Source of the DNA: Podarcis liolepis
Taxonomy: Eukaryota
Strand: one strand, 5' to 3'
NCBI GenBank assembly: GCA_965112155.1
Contig: OZ218103.1
DNA length: 64,000 nt
The position numbers and the translations under genes were made by a program. Positions 28,301 through 39,700 of this stretch are shown here, piece after piece (the first letter of the stretch is position 1; every line of letters begins with the position of its first letter). The notes under the pieces were generated by a model, which was not told the DNA's origin, made no database searches, and saw only the letters and a list, made by a program, of their open reading frames with translations.

Positions 28301-31300
28301 TTTTCTTCACTCTAAGAACTTTCCAGCCCTGTTTGAACTCATTATAAGCCTTACATTTTGCGTTTTCACTTTTGTAATAGTCTGTGTTGTGACAGCTTGT
28401 TTTTACAGGATTCTGTTCAAAACATGCTTCCTCTTTAAGAAATAGTACCTCTTATGAATAGGCTGGAGGGTTGCAAAGAGATTTTCATTGTATCTTGCTA
28501 CCTTCCTGGGGTTGCTTTTTTTCCTGGACTAGAATAGAACTCTTCTACCACACCAGAGGAAAACAAACCTATTTACAAGACCCTAGAAGAGGAATAACCA
28601 ACTTGGTAGCCTCCAGATATTGTTGGACTAAACTCCCATCAGCCCCTACCGGAGGTCTAGGTGGGGGGGGGCATTTAAGGTTGGTCAGGGGGACGGATGG
28701 AGTTGTCTTAGTCTTCCATGCTTGCATCAGGCAAAGATTCACACTCATATAAATGCAATATTCAACTTGGAATGGACATTCAGTGATCAAATAGTTCCAA
28801 ATCTCATAGGTAAAATTGCCTTATAGAAGAGTTACTAGCCAAATAAAGCATCCTATGGAATTGAATGGGAGGATTCAAACACACCTGTGCAAGGGCACTT
28901 GGATCAAGAGCTAGTGCTGGGACCCTTTCCTGGGGCTGGTGCAGTAGCATTTACTTAATACCACACTATTTATCTCATATGCCTTGCACCCCACAGCTCA
29001 ATTTGAACTTTTCAGATTCCAAACAGTAGTTCTGATTTGCGGCTGAATTTCTGAATTATATGAGGCCTCTTTTCTCTTCAAATTTTTTGTTTTAACTTGA
29101 AAGAGTTTCATATACTTATTTCCTTTAGAAGCTCTCCTGGAGAGTGTGGGATACAAAACTGTTGACCATAAAAAGTGTGCCTGCTGTCAGAGAGAGGTAA
29201 AGGCACAATCCACCTGCAGGACAATTAGTCTACAGAAAGGGCAAAACACAACTTGTCAGTAAGACCAAACTTTTATGTAGCAAAACAAAAATGCAACAAG
29301 CCCGTGTTCTGCAGCATAAATTACTAAATTAATGTGCGTTCTTCCATTGAAGGATTTTGAGTCAAAGTGATAATACAACCAAATACAACCATATCTTTTG
29401 CTCAGGTGACATAAAGGCCTCATTCATAAAAATAATGCTAAAGCATGGTTTAGCGTTATGAGAATGTGCTTGTGCAAGCATCAGATTCTCACCCCTCCCC
29501 TTTTCAACGGCTGCAAGAATGAGTTTGGAAGGTTTCACTTATGCTTTTGACTAAATGTGAAAGGGGACGAAACTTCCAACATTATGTGGCTTCTTGCAAG
29601 TTCGTTCCAGATCTTCAGTGTGGATAAAGATATACAGTGGTACCCCGCAAGACGAACGCCTCGCAAGACGGAAAACCCGCTAGACGAAAGGGTTTTCCGT
29701 TTTGGAGGCGCTTCGCAAAACGAATTTCCCTATGGGCTTGTTTCGCAAGACGACAGCCCATAGGGAAATCTCCGGGATAGCGGGGAAGCGCAGCGCGTCT
29801 TCCCCACTGTCCTCGGACCTCCTCCCGCCGCCCAGCTTCGGAACGAAGCTCCGATGCCGGGCGGGGGGGGAACGCCTCCTCCCGCCGCCCGGCATCAGAA
29901 CGAAGCTCCGATGCCGGGCCGGGGGGGGACGCCTCCTCCCGCCGCCCAGCATCGGAACGAAGCTCCGATGCCGGGCGGCGGGGCGGGAACGCCTCCTCCC
30001 GCCGCCCGGCATCGGAACGAAGCTCCGATGCCGGGCGGGGGGGGGACGCCTCCTCCCGCCGCCCGGCATCGGAACGAAGCTCCGATGCCGGGCGGGGGGG
30101 GGACGCCTCCTCCCGCCGCCCGGCATCGGAACGAAGCTCCGATGCCGGGCGGGGGGGGGGGAGATGCCTCCTCCCGCCGCCCGGCATCGGAACGAAGCTC
30201 CGATGCCGGGCGGGGGGGCGGGGACACCTTCTCCCGCCGCCCAGCTTCGGATGGCTTTCCTGAAGACTTGGGGTGGGAGGAGGGTTTTCCTTCCCACCGC
30301 CAACATTCAGAATGCTGTTCTGAATGTTGGCGGTGGGGAGGAAAAACCCTCCTCCCACGCAAGCCCCGGGAACAGAGGGAAAGCGCTGCGCGCCTTCCCC
30401 TCTGTTCCCATACCTGTCCTGAAGGCTTGCGGTGGGGAGAAAAGCCCTTCTCCGCACCGCCAGCCTGGCAAGCGGTTTCCCTAGGAACACATTAATTGAT
30501 TTTCAATGCATTCCTATGGGAAACCGTGCTTCGCAAGACGAAAAACTTGCAAGAAGAAAAAACTTGCGGAACGAATTAATTTCGTCTTGCGAGGCACCAC
30601 TGTATGTATGTGTGCAGGATAAATGCTATGGAACTGGCACATAGATTTACTTTTTCTGAAGTGGTTGTTCTGAAGTGGTTGTCTGAATCTATTGTAATCA
30701 TATTGTCAATTTAATAATTTATGTTGAAATCCCCAGAGCAGCTATCTTCAATCCCTTTGATAATTGTTCTGATGGAGTTCAACATATTATAAGAGTCGTG
30801 GCAAGAGTTCGGAGTACCAAGTGCCAGCAGGAATTTCTAGTTGCAGGGAATGGCAGGATATTCCAACAATGCTTTTAGAGTCTCTAGTCAGGGTTAGGTT
30901 TACTGCCATATTTTACTGGGAGAATGTGGAGGTAAAAGTGACAGTAAGAGTATTAATGTTTAAAGAATACTGTCATAGAACACCTCTTGAAAAAGGAGGT
31001 ATCTTCAAGTTCCTTGGTGTAGCATGTCTGTTAATAACATGGAATGCAGGAGGTGAAAACAAAACAGACTTGCTTTTCCTGTTCAGATTAGTTCTTCTGA
31101 AGAGCCTGATGCACCCCTTGAAGAATGTCTTGCCTTTTGTTAAGACAGCTGAGCCAGATGCTCAACCAGCTGGTGTCCTCACATAGAGGGCCATGATGGA
31201 AATGGTTGGACTCTTGGGCCTACCACCAGTGGAAAGGTGGATGCTGAAACCAGGTAGCCTGCCCAGGCACTGTTGATGAAAAATTCTCCCCCATTGCTCT

Positions 31301-34300
31301 TGGTAATCAGTAGGTCCATTCCCACTTGAGGAAGTCTGATACAGCCTGTCCCTCTGGAGTGGTGAGTCAGGTTGCACTTCCAGCATAGTGGTGGAGGAGG
31401 CGGTTGCCCTCCTCTACACACATTCCAGCTTGTCAAGATCCTTCTTAGACTGTGGTGCCCAGAACTGGACACAGTACTATAGAAGTGGCCTGACCAAGGC
31501 AGAATAGAGCAGTAGTGTTACTTCTCTTGATCAGGACACTGTACTTCTTTTGATGCAGCCTAGAATAGCATTAGCTTTTTGCTTTGCTGTCGCACCACAT
31601 TGTTTGATCTACAAGCTCCTTTAGTACCCTTGGGTCAGCTAATTCATTTAAATTCATTGAATTCATTTAAAATAGCTAGGTGTTCCCTTAGCACCTCTTT
31701 TTTTTATCTTGGGCTTCAACTCCCTTCTTGCATTGTTTATTCTGGTATCACAAGGTTGGGCACGCTTTTCTTTGGGGTGAAGAAAGAGGCAAAGTAGGTG
31801 TTGAGCAGTTCTGCCATGTCTCTGTCACTGAGTAGCATTTTCCCTTCTTCTCCCCACAAGGAATATACCACTTGCTTATTTCTCCAAACATAGCTGAAGA
31901 AACTTTAACCTCTCTTGCAAGCCTGAGTTCATTCTGAGCTTTGGCCTGCCTGACCACCAGTCCCTGCAACTGTTGACTACTCATGTATACTCTTCTTTCA
32001 TGATTTCTCCTTTCTTCCATAGAATTGTAGAGTTGGAAGGGACCACAAGAGTAATTTCTTATACATGCTCTTCTTACATCTCAGCTCATCTGTAAGCTTC
32101 ATATGCAGCCACACAGTTTCTTCGGATGCTTACTTGTTGGGATTGTCTGCCTTTGTGCCTTCAGTATGTCGCCTTTAAGAAACTCCCATCCCACTTGGAC
32201 TTGCTTTTCTTTGAGTATTTCTGACCATGGGACTTGACCCAGTACAGTGGTGCCCCGCAAGATGAAATTAATTCGTTCCGCAATTTTTGCTGTCTAGCGA
32301 ATTTTTCTTCTTGCGAAGCACGGTTTAAACGGTTTAACAAAGTCGCAAGACGTTTTCGTCTTGCGAAGCAAGCCCATAGGGGAATTCGTCTTGCGAGGCA
32401 AATCGCGAATGAAAAAACCTTTCGTCTAGCGAGTTTTTTGTCTTGCGAGGCATTCGTCTTGCGGGGCACCACTGTAGTTCCTTAAGCTTTCTCCTTTGCC
32501 TGTGTATAATGAAGCTCAAGAGGACATGATGACTCCATAAGTATAGAGAGAAGATTAGCAAAAAAAAAGGAGAGATTTCTTATAGGAACTTAACCCCCCC
32601 CCCATCAACAGCATTCTTTTGTAGCAAGATTGTATTCTGAAGTTGGGCAACCATATAGTGAAATAATGTATATATGCAAGTACTCTGTTTCCCCCCATGT
32701 AGGTGCTGTTAGTGAGCAGTAGTCGTCATCCAGATAGATGGATTGTCCCAGGTGGTGGTATGGAGCCTGAAGAGGAGCCTAGTGTGGCTGCAGTGCGGGA
32801 AGTTTGTGAAGAGGTAAATCTCCAAAACTTGCTTCGGACCTAAGCTGTTCGTGCTGCTTATCAATTTCTTACTCTTTTTCCTTGGTCTTTTCAAAACAGT
32901 CCCTCTATTGAAACAAATCTCTAACCAATTAATAGTGTTATGGTTTTATTAACTTTTTATGAACAAAACTCATTGTTAGTTCCATCTGTGAGTTGAGATG
33001 GATACTGCTGTAGAATTTGCCCCAGTACTCATAACTATAATAGTTATTATGATGCAGGGCAGGGATTTTCGAATACTTCACTGAGTACCTCTTTCAACAG
33101 ATTGTTAATAGTATTGCCAGTTGACTTCAGGCACTGGGGTCTAGAGTTTGTATATGTAGATATGTACTGTCTCTTGGCGATGTGCTTCCCTCCAATGTAG
33201 CTTTGAGAGGGTGTGGTGTGAAACACCAGATTTCATGCATACATATGTGCATTTAACCCCTCATTTTCTTGGCCCAAATTTTCTCTCACCCCTCCCCTCC
33301 CCTGCTGGTTTTAAACACTTCATGATGTCCCTTCTCAAAGCCGCTTAACTCACAAACACTGGGGGACGGATAGCAGCTTTGGGGGCAATTGTAATCATGA
33401 AAATTACATGAGGAAAGGATTAAACATCCTCTACCCTAGTGCTGCTATCAGAAGCCAATCCTCTCTCCCGACCCTCCCAGCTGTTTTTAAGCTTTGGATC
33501 TTCCATAAGCTTTTTCCGTCATAGACCTTCTACACCATGTGTAATTTGGCCCAGACTGAAATATTGAGCTGTAACTTAGAACATTAAATCTTTCTTTCTT
33601 GTCTTTGAATTTCTCACAGGCTGGAGTGAAAGGGACATTAGGAAGATTAGTAGGAATTTTTGAGGTAAGTATAAGCATTTTGAAGAGTTGATTAACACTT
33701 TTCTCAATGGCCCTGTTCACACATCCCTATAAGCTACAAACAGTGCTTGGAATGAACTCCTTTGGTTTGGCAAAGTTCACTGAAAGTAGTTCCTATAATT
33801 GCTAGGTGAAGTGAACATGAATTAAAAGTTGCTTTGCAAAGGAACTCTAGTTCAAGTTTGTTCTCTTATCTGTGTTTTTGACTCTTTAGACCAGGGATGC
33901 AAAACTACTTACAGAAGGATAAATTATAACAGGGTTCCTACCAATGCCAGTCAGCTGATGACTGCTGTCAGTGAGTCCCACTTACCAAGGGACAATCAGA
34001 AGCTGGCTATGTCTTTACCTGCCCCATAACCCAGTATCATATATGATGTTTGATGTCAGGTGTGGGACAAGTGGGTGTGATTTGAAGTCCTAGTGGGCTG
34101 GAGGTTCCCCTCCATCATCACTTATGCCTTACTTTCACTTGCAGATGCAGCCATTGTGGTATCATGCATGTTACATGATTGAATTTTGAAAACGTAGAGC
34201 ATCCACTGAGCAGATTGTTCAATTTCCCTAAGTTTTGTAGGTTTCTCAAGACTGAGGAGCTAGAAAACAGTAACGTTTGGCAAGATGTCAGGGCAAAACT

Positions 34301-36749
34301 AGTAAAAATTATGTTGGAAATGTTTTGAATTGTTTTGTGTTGTAACTACTTTTGAATCTTCATCATTTATCTTGGTAGGGCTTTGCTGTTGGTGGAAATG
34401 TTTTAACAATATACCTATCCCCACTTTCCTTAAGAATAAACTTTTGCAGGTGTTATGAACCTTGGAACCTAACTTTAATGTTGCTCCTCCTTTTAGAACC
34501 AGGACAGAAAACACAGAACATATGTTTACGTACTTATTGTCACAGAAGTATTGGAAGACTGGGAGGACTCTGTGAATATTGGTGAGACACTTACATTCAT
34601 CTGTATTCCTGATTCTCTGTAGGATTGTAATAGCAGAATCATCTTCTCTGTATTAGATTCGGCATTATATCAGGTGTGGAGACTGCAATCCTCTCACCCT
34701 TTCTTTTTGGCCCCCAGGCCACACTTTTCACTAGCCCTGCTTCACACCCTCCTTTACTGCTTTTGCCTGGCATCTTGAACTCTGGTAGATGTTGCTTAAC
34801 CGGATGAATGTAGGGGTGTGGGTGGGTGTAGCAACCTCTGATTTTTGTGTGCCTGGAATGCAGCCAAAGAATCACATTTGATTCTCTGTCCACCTTTGTC
34901 TCTGGCTCCCCCCTCGCTGGCATGTGGCCCCTGGATGGTTGCGCATGAAGGAATGCAGCTCTCAGGCTGAAAATATTTTTCTCACTCCTGTTTTATATAT
35001 ATGTAGGTGATTGTGGCCGGGGGGGGGGGGGAGAAAGTGTAAGAATTAGAATTGTACTGTTTTTTTTAAAGTAGAAAAGGACAGCCATCAGCATACAGCT
35101 GCCAAAATACTCGTGACTTGTCAGCTCTTGTCAGACTCCTTAATTCCAGCTTCCTGTAAAAAAAGACAGATAAAGAATTCTAGTACTGATGATTTCAAAG
35201 AGAATTTGATTTAAAGAACTGAACAGTCACAAAGAGGGCTAAAAACCAGATTTTGGAAGTGGAAGAGTCTTAACTATCTGTTTCCATTATTATTATTATT
35301 TTGCGGTATCACTGATTTTTTAATTTTAGTTTTTCCATGTTTAGCATGTATTTTGAAAAGGAAATTTACTTTAAAAAAGGGGGGAAGGAAATTCACTAGT
35401 TGCCCCTCCTATATCAGTCTCAAATCGTTGCAAAATTCATATTAATGTATTATTCTTTTCATCCAGTGCTTCTTCATGCCCATGTTTTGATTCACTTTTC
35501 TGTATGACGTTATACATCCTGTAGAATAGCATATTACTTAGAAAATTGCTTCTTACCAAATTTATTTCCCAGCTTCAAACTAACCACAGTCCTAACCTTG
35601 TTTACTTAGATGCAAATCCTATTGAAATCAGTGGGGCTTATTCTCAGATAAGTGGAATTAGGATTGCTGCCTAAATTATTTACAGAATGAAAAGAGATGC
35701 ATATATCTCTCAATGAACTTCACAGGCAACACAGTGATACACAGTTTTGTCTATAACTTTCCTTCTCCCATTGATTTTCTCTAAGAAAAGTGAGCAGCTG
35801 CATTCTGTTAGTCTCAGGAGCTTCCTTACTAAATGCACTATTTTCCAGCTCATTCTCCTTTAGAAGAAACAAGTGGAGATCTTGGGTTTTTTAAAAAATT
35901 TGGAAAATATTTGTTAAACTAAAGATTTGCTGTTGTAATGTACTTTAGGGCTGAAGAACCTTCCTCCTCCAAGCGCCACATTCCTTTGGAGAGCTGGTTA
36001 TTGGGGACAGCATATTGGCATGACTGTGGCTAAAACCCTAAGTACACTACCAAAGGCTATACATCCCATTCTCTTACTTTGCTTTTGGGCTTCCCATAAG
36101 CATCTGGTTGCCACTGTGAAAACACAATGCTGGAGTAGATGGGCCATTGGCCTGAACTAGCAGACTCTTCTCGTGTTGCTCCCATACATGTGCTGATCTG
36201 CTGGTAGGAGGGAAAGCGCTCAAAGGTGGGGAAAGGAGAACCTGAAGAGGGTATGAGGTTCTAGGGAGAGGCTGGTGGGATGGTTGGGAAGGCCTAGCAT
36301 GCAAAATTGAGCCCACAGGCTAGAGGTTGGTCCATGTCCTCCCCCCCCCCCCGTGTTGTATTGTGTGAAGTTAATTGTTACAATTGTATATTGAAGAAGT
36401 GAACATTCAGTGGGTCATCGTATCACAGGTGCCATTGAATTACTGTGTGCTGTTGCAGTGCATTTGCAGTAGGAATAGGCATACTATATGTCTGTGGTAG
36501 TTATCTATAGAAGGAACTATAAAATCATCAATTGCTTTGCTGTGTTACTAATTTCCCCCTCCCTCTATTTCTACAGGAAGGAAACGGAAATGGTTTCAGA
36601 TAGATGACGCCATAAAAGTTCTGCAGTATCACAAACCTGTGCAGGCTTCATACTTTGAAACCTTGAGGCAAGGCTGTTTGGCTAACAATGGCACTCCTGT
36701 TGTGACCACATCATTCTCAAAGGAGAGTGAACTGTCCGACATCAGATGA
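16048..36749 (+). CDS. NUDT3: Diphosphoinositol polyphosphate phosphohydrolase 1 (DIPP1, Nudix hydrolase 3), 170 aa; join(16048-16146,32703-32813,33620-33664,34497-34581,36577-36749)
   Basis: MMKLKSNQTRTYDGDGYKKRAACLCFR..., Nudix box GGGMEPEEEPSVAAVREVCEEAGV, C-terminal HKPVQASYFETLRQG; GT-AG introns; position next to RPS10. Confidence 0.98.
19150..19390 (-). mobile_element. Two adjacent L2-clade 3' tail fragments, minus strand
   Basis: CCCATCTGGCTGGGTTTCCCCAGCCA and TATACCGCCTTTCACCTGCGGATCACAGGGTGGTTTAC are reverse complements of L2 tails elsewhere in the window. Confidence 0.65.
20052..20149. mobile_element. Penelope-like element terminal fragment
   Basis: GGTAGCTGTGTTGGTCTG...CCAGTAGCATCTTAGAGACCAACTAAGTTT matches a recalled sauropsid Penelope terminus. 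Confidence 0.5.
21296..21437. mobile_element. hAT-type MITE
   Basis: TIR CATGGGCGTAGCCAG...CTGGCTATGCCCATC; 8-bp TSD TTATGAAG/TTATGAAT. Confidence 0.8.
25443..25480. repeat. (TAGTG)n imperfect microsatellite
   Basis: Read directly. Confidence 0.85.
26746..27045 (-). mobile_element. Sauria SINE, 5'-truncated, minus strand
   Basis: (AAAGGT)n tail then GGGACCCCTGACCATTAGGTCC...; reverse complement of 27172-27452. Confidence 0.9.
27101..27450 (+). mobile_element. Sauria SINE, full length
   Basis: tRNA-like head GGGACGCGGGTGGCGCTGTGG (A box), B box GTTCGAATCC 27165-27174, CCTTTA tail, TSD TATCAAATTGT(G/T)GT. Confidence 0.92.
29635..30602. mobile_element. Tc1/mariner-type non-autonomous element, GCAAGACGAA family, long copy with internal hairpin array
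   Basis: TA|CAGTGGTACCCCGCAAGACGAA ... TTCGTCTTGCGAGGCACCACTG|TA. Confidence 0.92.
29818..30251. repeat. GC-rich minisatellite, 7 full units plus one partial, 57-61 bp period, each unit palindromic
   Basis: Unit CCTCCTCCCGCCGCCCGGCATCGGAACGAAGCTCCGATGCCGGGCG(G)nACG; starts 29818, 29875, 29932, 29992, 30049, 30106, 30167, 30227. Confidence 0.95.
31150..32500 (-). mobile_element. Fragmented CR1 LINE (ORF2 remnants) with nested insertions
   Basis: Minus-strand RQAKAQNELRLAREVK matches CR1 ORF2; TGTGGTGCCCAGAACTGGACACAGTA is the reverse complement of the YCVQFWAP coding region. Confidence 0.75.
32245..32474. mobile_element. Tc1/mariner-type MITE, GCAAGACGAA family (short copy), nested in CR1
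   Basis: TA|CAGTGGTGCCCCGCAAGA ... TCTTGCGGGGCACCACTG|TA. Confidence 0.9.
32703..32813 (+). CDS. NUDT3: NUDT3 exon 2
   Basis: catgtag|GTGCTGTTA ... GAAGAG|gtaaat; VLLVSSSRHPDRWIVPGGGMEPEEEPSVAAVREVCEE. Confidence 0.97.
33620..33664 (+). CDS. NUDT3: NUDT3 exon 3
   Basis: ctcacag|GCTGGA ... TTTGAG|gtaagt; AGVKGTLGRLVGIFE. Confidence 0.97.
34497..34581 (+). CDS. NUDT3: NUDT3 exon 4
   Basis: ccttttag|AACCAG ... ATTG|gtgaga; NQDRKHRTYVYVLIVTEVLEDWEDSVNI. Confidence 0.97.
36577..36749 (+). CDS. NUDT3: NUDT3 exon 5 (coding part)
   Basis: ttctacag|GAAGGAAA ... ATCAGATGA; GRKRKWFQIDDAIKVLQYHKPVQASYFETLRQGCLANNGTPVVTTSFSKESELSDIR*. Confidence 0.97.
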
Positions 36750-39700
36750 CTGAAGATGGTCTTTTGAGAGAAACAGATTTTGAAAAGTAGACTGAAACTT
36801 GGATTTCCTTTTTTCCCCTCTTCTTGCCTCTTTCACATGCTTCCTCTTGTCAGACATGACATCAGCGGCAGCCTTTGGCAGAGCAAATATTTGAGTGTTG
36901 CATTCTAGTGCAAAGTGGGGTTATCTTGCTTTTTCTTGGATATGTATTTTGTAAAACACATATTGTGCATGAAGTGCCCCTTCCCTATTAACACAGTTTT
37001 GACAACCTGAAAGTCAAGGCTACTAGCTTCACCTCTGCCTTGTCTTCTGAAATGCCCCTGTGTATGTTGTCCCAGCCATAGCTAGGCCTCTTTATCCTTT
37101 CAGTTAAAGAAGGCTGAAATGTGAGCTCAGTTCTTTTAAGTCTTAGATTTTGTACAGTAAGGTGCTGTTGAGATCTGTGTGGTGGTCACTTTCTCAGCGC
37201 ATGCGTGTAACCTTTTTTTAGATGGAGAAACCTAACACTTTGATTTTGTGGGATTTTTTTTTTTAATGAGCTGCTTCTGTAAAGGAGAGCTTCATAATCT
37301 TGTTTGCCTTTTGTTTTTTTAAAGAAACTTATTTTGTGACAGTGCTAGTGGCTGGGCCGGTTTGACTCCCTGAACCCCACTCCCTTGCCCAAATTTAGAA
37401 CAGTGACACTCAGAGGAGGCGGCCAAGTTACAATACCCTGCAAGGCATTCTTGGTGCTCCGTTCTTTCTACAGGTTCAGTCAATATGTTGATCATCTTAA
37501 CAATGAACAGAAACACAAGGAATTGGTCACCACTCACTCAACAGCATATGGCCTCAGAAACTAAATGAATTCCAGCCTCAATAAATAGGAATCAGGGATT
37601 CAAAACGAGTTTAAAAACTAGTGAACTGAAGCATCGAGCCACCGATGCTGTCTGCTGGTGTGGAATTCTTTCTCTTCCTGCTGCATACTGCTGATATCTC
37701 TTCTTGTCCACATGCCTTACACCCTACTAAACTGGATGTTGTAATTTGTGCTACAACATTGGATTGTACTTTTGAGTGTCACTGCATGGTGGGACAGTTG
37801 CATTATGTCCCTGAAAAGAAGTCACAGGGAAAAGCTTCAGGTGTTCAATCTCCTTTGTAGCATTGCAGCACTTGTAAATGCACCACGGAGCATGCTCAAA
37901 TGCAAACTTTATCCCTCAGTGGCAAAGGTACAACTGGCTCCCAAGCAGAAATGCTGATGTGGAGAACTGTGTCATTTAATAGGATACCTAACCTGATGCA
38001 TTGGCACATGTCACATGTTTGTTTCTACTGATGTATGTTTCATGCTGTCTTGATTTGCCAACAGTGTTGTCTAGTTGGGAGATTTTGGAAAGGGTTGTGG
38101 GAGGGGGGTGGGCCTGGGGAAGGTTTGGGGAGGGGCATTAGTTAATCCCTGGCTTGGGACAGGACCTAGTTGCTGTATTTGGTGACTTCTTCTTTGTCAG
38201 ATTATAGCCAAGATGTGAAATTAAACCTGCAGTACTCTTATTTAATTTATCATTATCTCTTCCCATTATATACTTAACAACATAAAAAATATATGAAATA
38301 GTCATGCAGCATGAAGTAAAAGTATACTTTCTACTTTGGAAAGTTGCTGTCAAATTTGAGATACAATTCTGTTTATTTGCTTGAGTTCCCTATTTTTAGT
38401 GAATGGGATAGCATTCCATAGTGTGGGATCACAATGGCAAAAGTGAAGCCAGTGATCACTAATGCCAAAAGTTTTTACACAGGAGAAGGCTGAGAGGCAT
38501 TATTCAATGAGTGGCTTAAACGTGAATGTCTAGAAAAAATCTGAAATTATGCTGCGCCACTTCGCTGCCCTTCATCTTAAAAAACAAAACAATAAAAAAT
38601 TAATTCAAAGGGCTTGAATAGTGTCTTGAAGTGTACAATATAATTTCTCGTACTACGCTATATGTGGCACTTTCCAATATAGCAAACTGTTGCCTTCAGC
38701 TAAGGCGTTTTGTGTCTCATTGAATAGATTAGGCATGAAAGATTGAAAGAGAACTGAGATGCCTGTAAGGGTGACTGCAGTTTTAATATCTACAGCATGC
38801 ACACTTTTATAAATAAATAAAAAACACTCTAAAATGTTTTTATAGGGCTGTTAAACTGACAGTTTAGAATAGAATATCGTTAATGATTTGCTAACAGCAT
38901 TTTTTTTGGGGGGGGGTGTCCAGGAAAAATAAATTGTGCCAAGAAAGTAGTTTAATGTGGGATGGATTTATGCTGTTAATTCAACTGCAGTGAGTGGCTG
39001 ATGTTTGCCTTCTTAACTGGAAATGGAAGATGCAGCTCCTGAGGTTCAAATAGTCTGGAATTCTTCACCAGTTGTGTATTTTAACCCAGTCCTTGCTCCA
39101 GCTTATTAAGCCTCACCTTTTCACCTTCTATTAATGCACTATAGAGATAAGTCTACAGCTTTCCCAGTATCTCAGGGTATTCTGTAATTAACAATTCATG
39201 AAACTTCCTTAGCAAGATAAATGAAAATGTCACCACATCAACTCACCTTTTCAGAGCATTTCTAATTACACTGGAACATTCTGCATTGGCAAACAATGCA
39301 TCTAACATAGGGTAAGTTATGGGGTGTTTAGATTCAAGCACAACAGTACTAAGAAGGTAGACTGATCCTCTGTTAATAGTTAAGAAGTCTTAATTTAGAC
39401 TTCCTGCTGTGCTTTACCATAAAAATGCAGCTTTCTTTGGTCTCTAAATCCAAAAAGCTTTTAGATTTATATACTGTATTCAGGTACTGCTGAAAAGGGA
39501 GGTGAAAATGCTTAAGAATTATTTCCTTCCAATAAGCTTTAGATTTAAATTGAGGCTGAGCATCCAACATCCTGAAGACTGCATCTGCCCCTCCACCTAA
39601 CCACCTGTGCATCCCATAGACCTTGGGAACCCCAGCTTTTATTTTATATGTAAATTTCTAGTCTTTAACAGTTGCAGAGAGGAGGTTAAATCTTTGATTG

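Noticed and set aside
29818-30251. CRISPR-like array of palindromic repeats
   Set aside because: No unique spacers (only variable poly-G), no cas genes, eukaryotic intron, enclosed by MITE TIRs.
29615-30495. Long ORFs (155-291 aa) in five frames
   Set aside because: Artefact of a stop-poor GC minisatellite; no transposase or other domain.
34450-34496. Alternative upstream acceptor for NUDT3 exon 4 (CTTTTGCAG)
   Set aside because: Would give an immediate stop; short pyrimidine tract and no further support.
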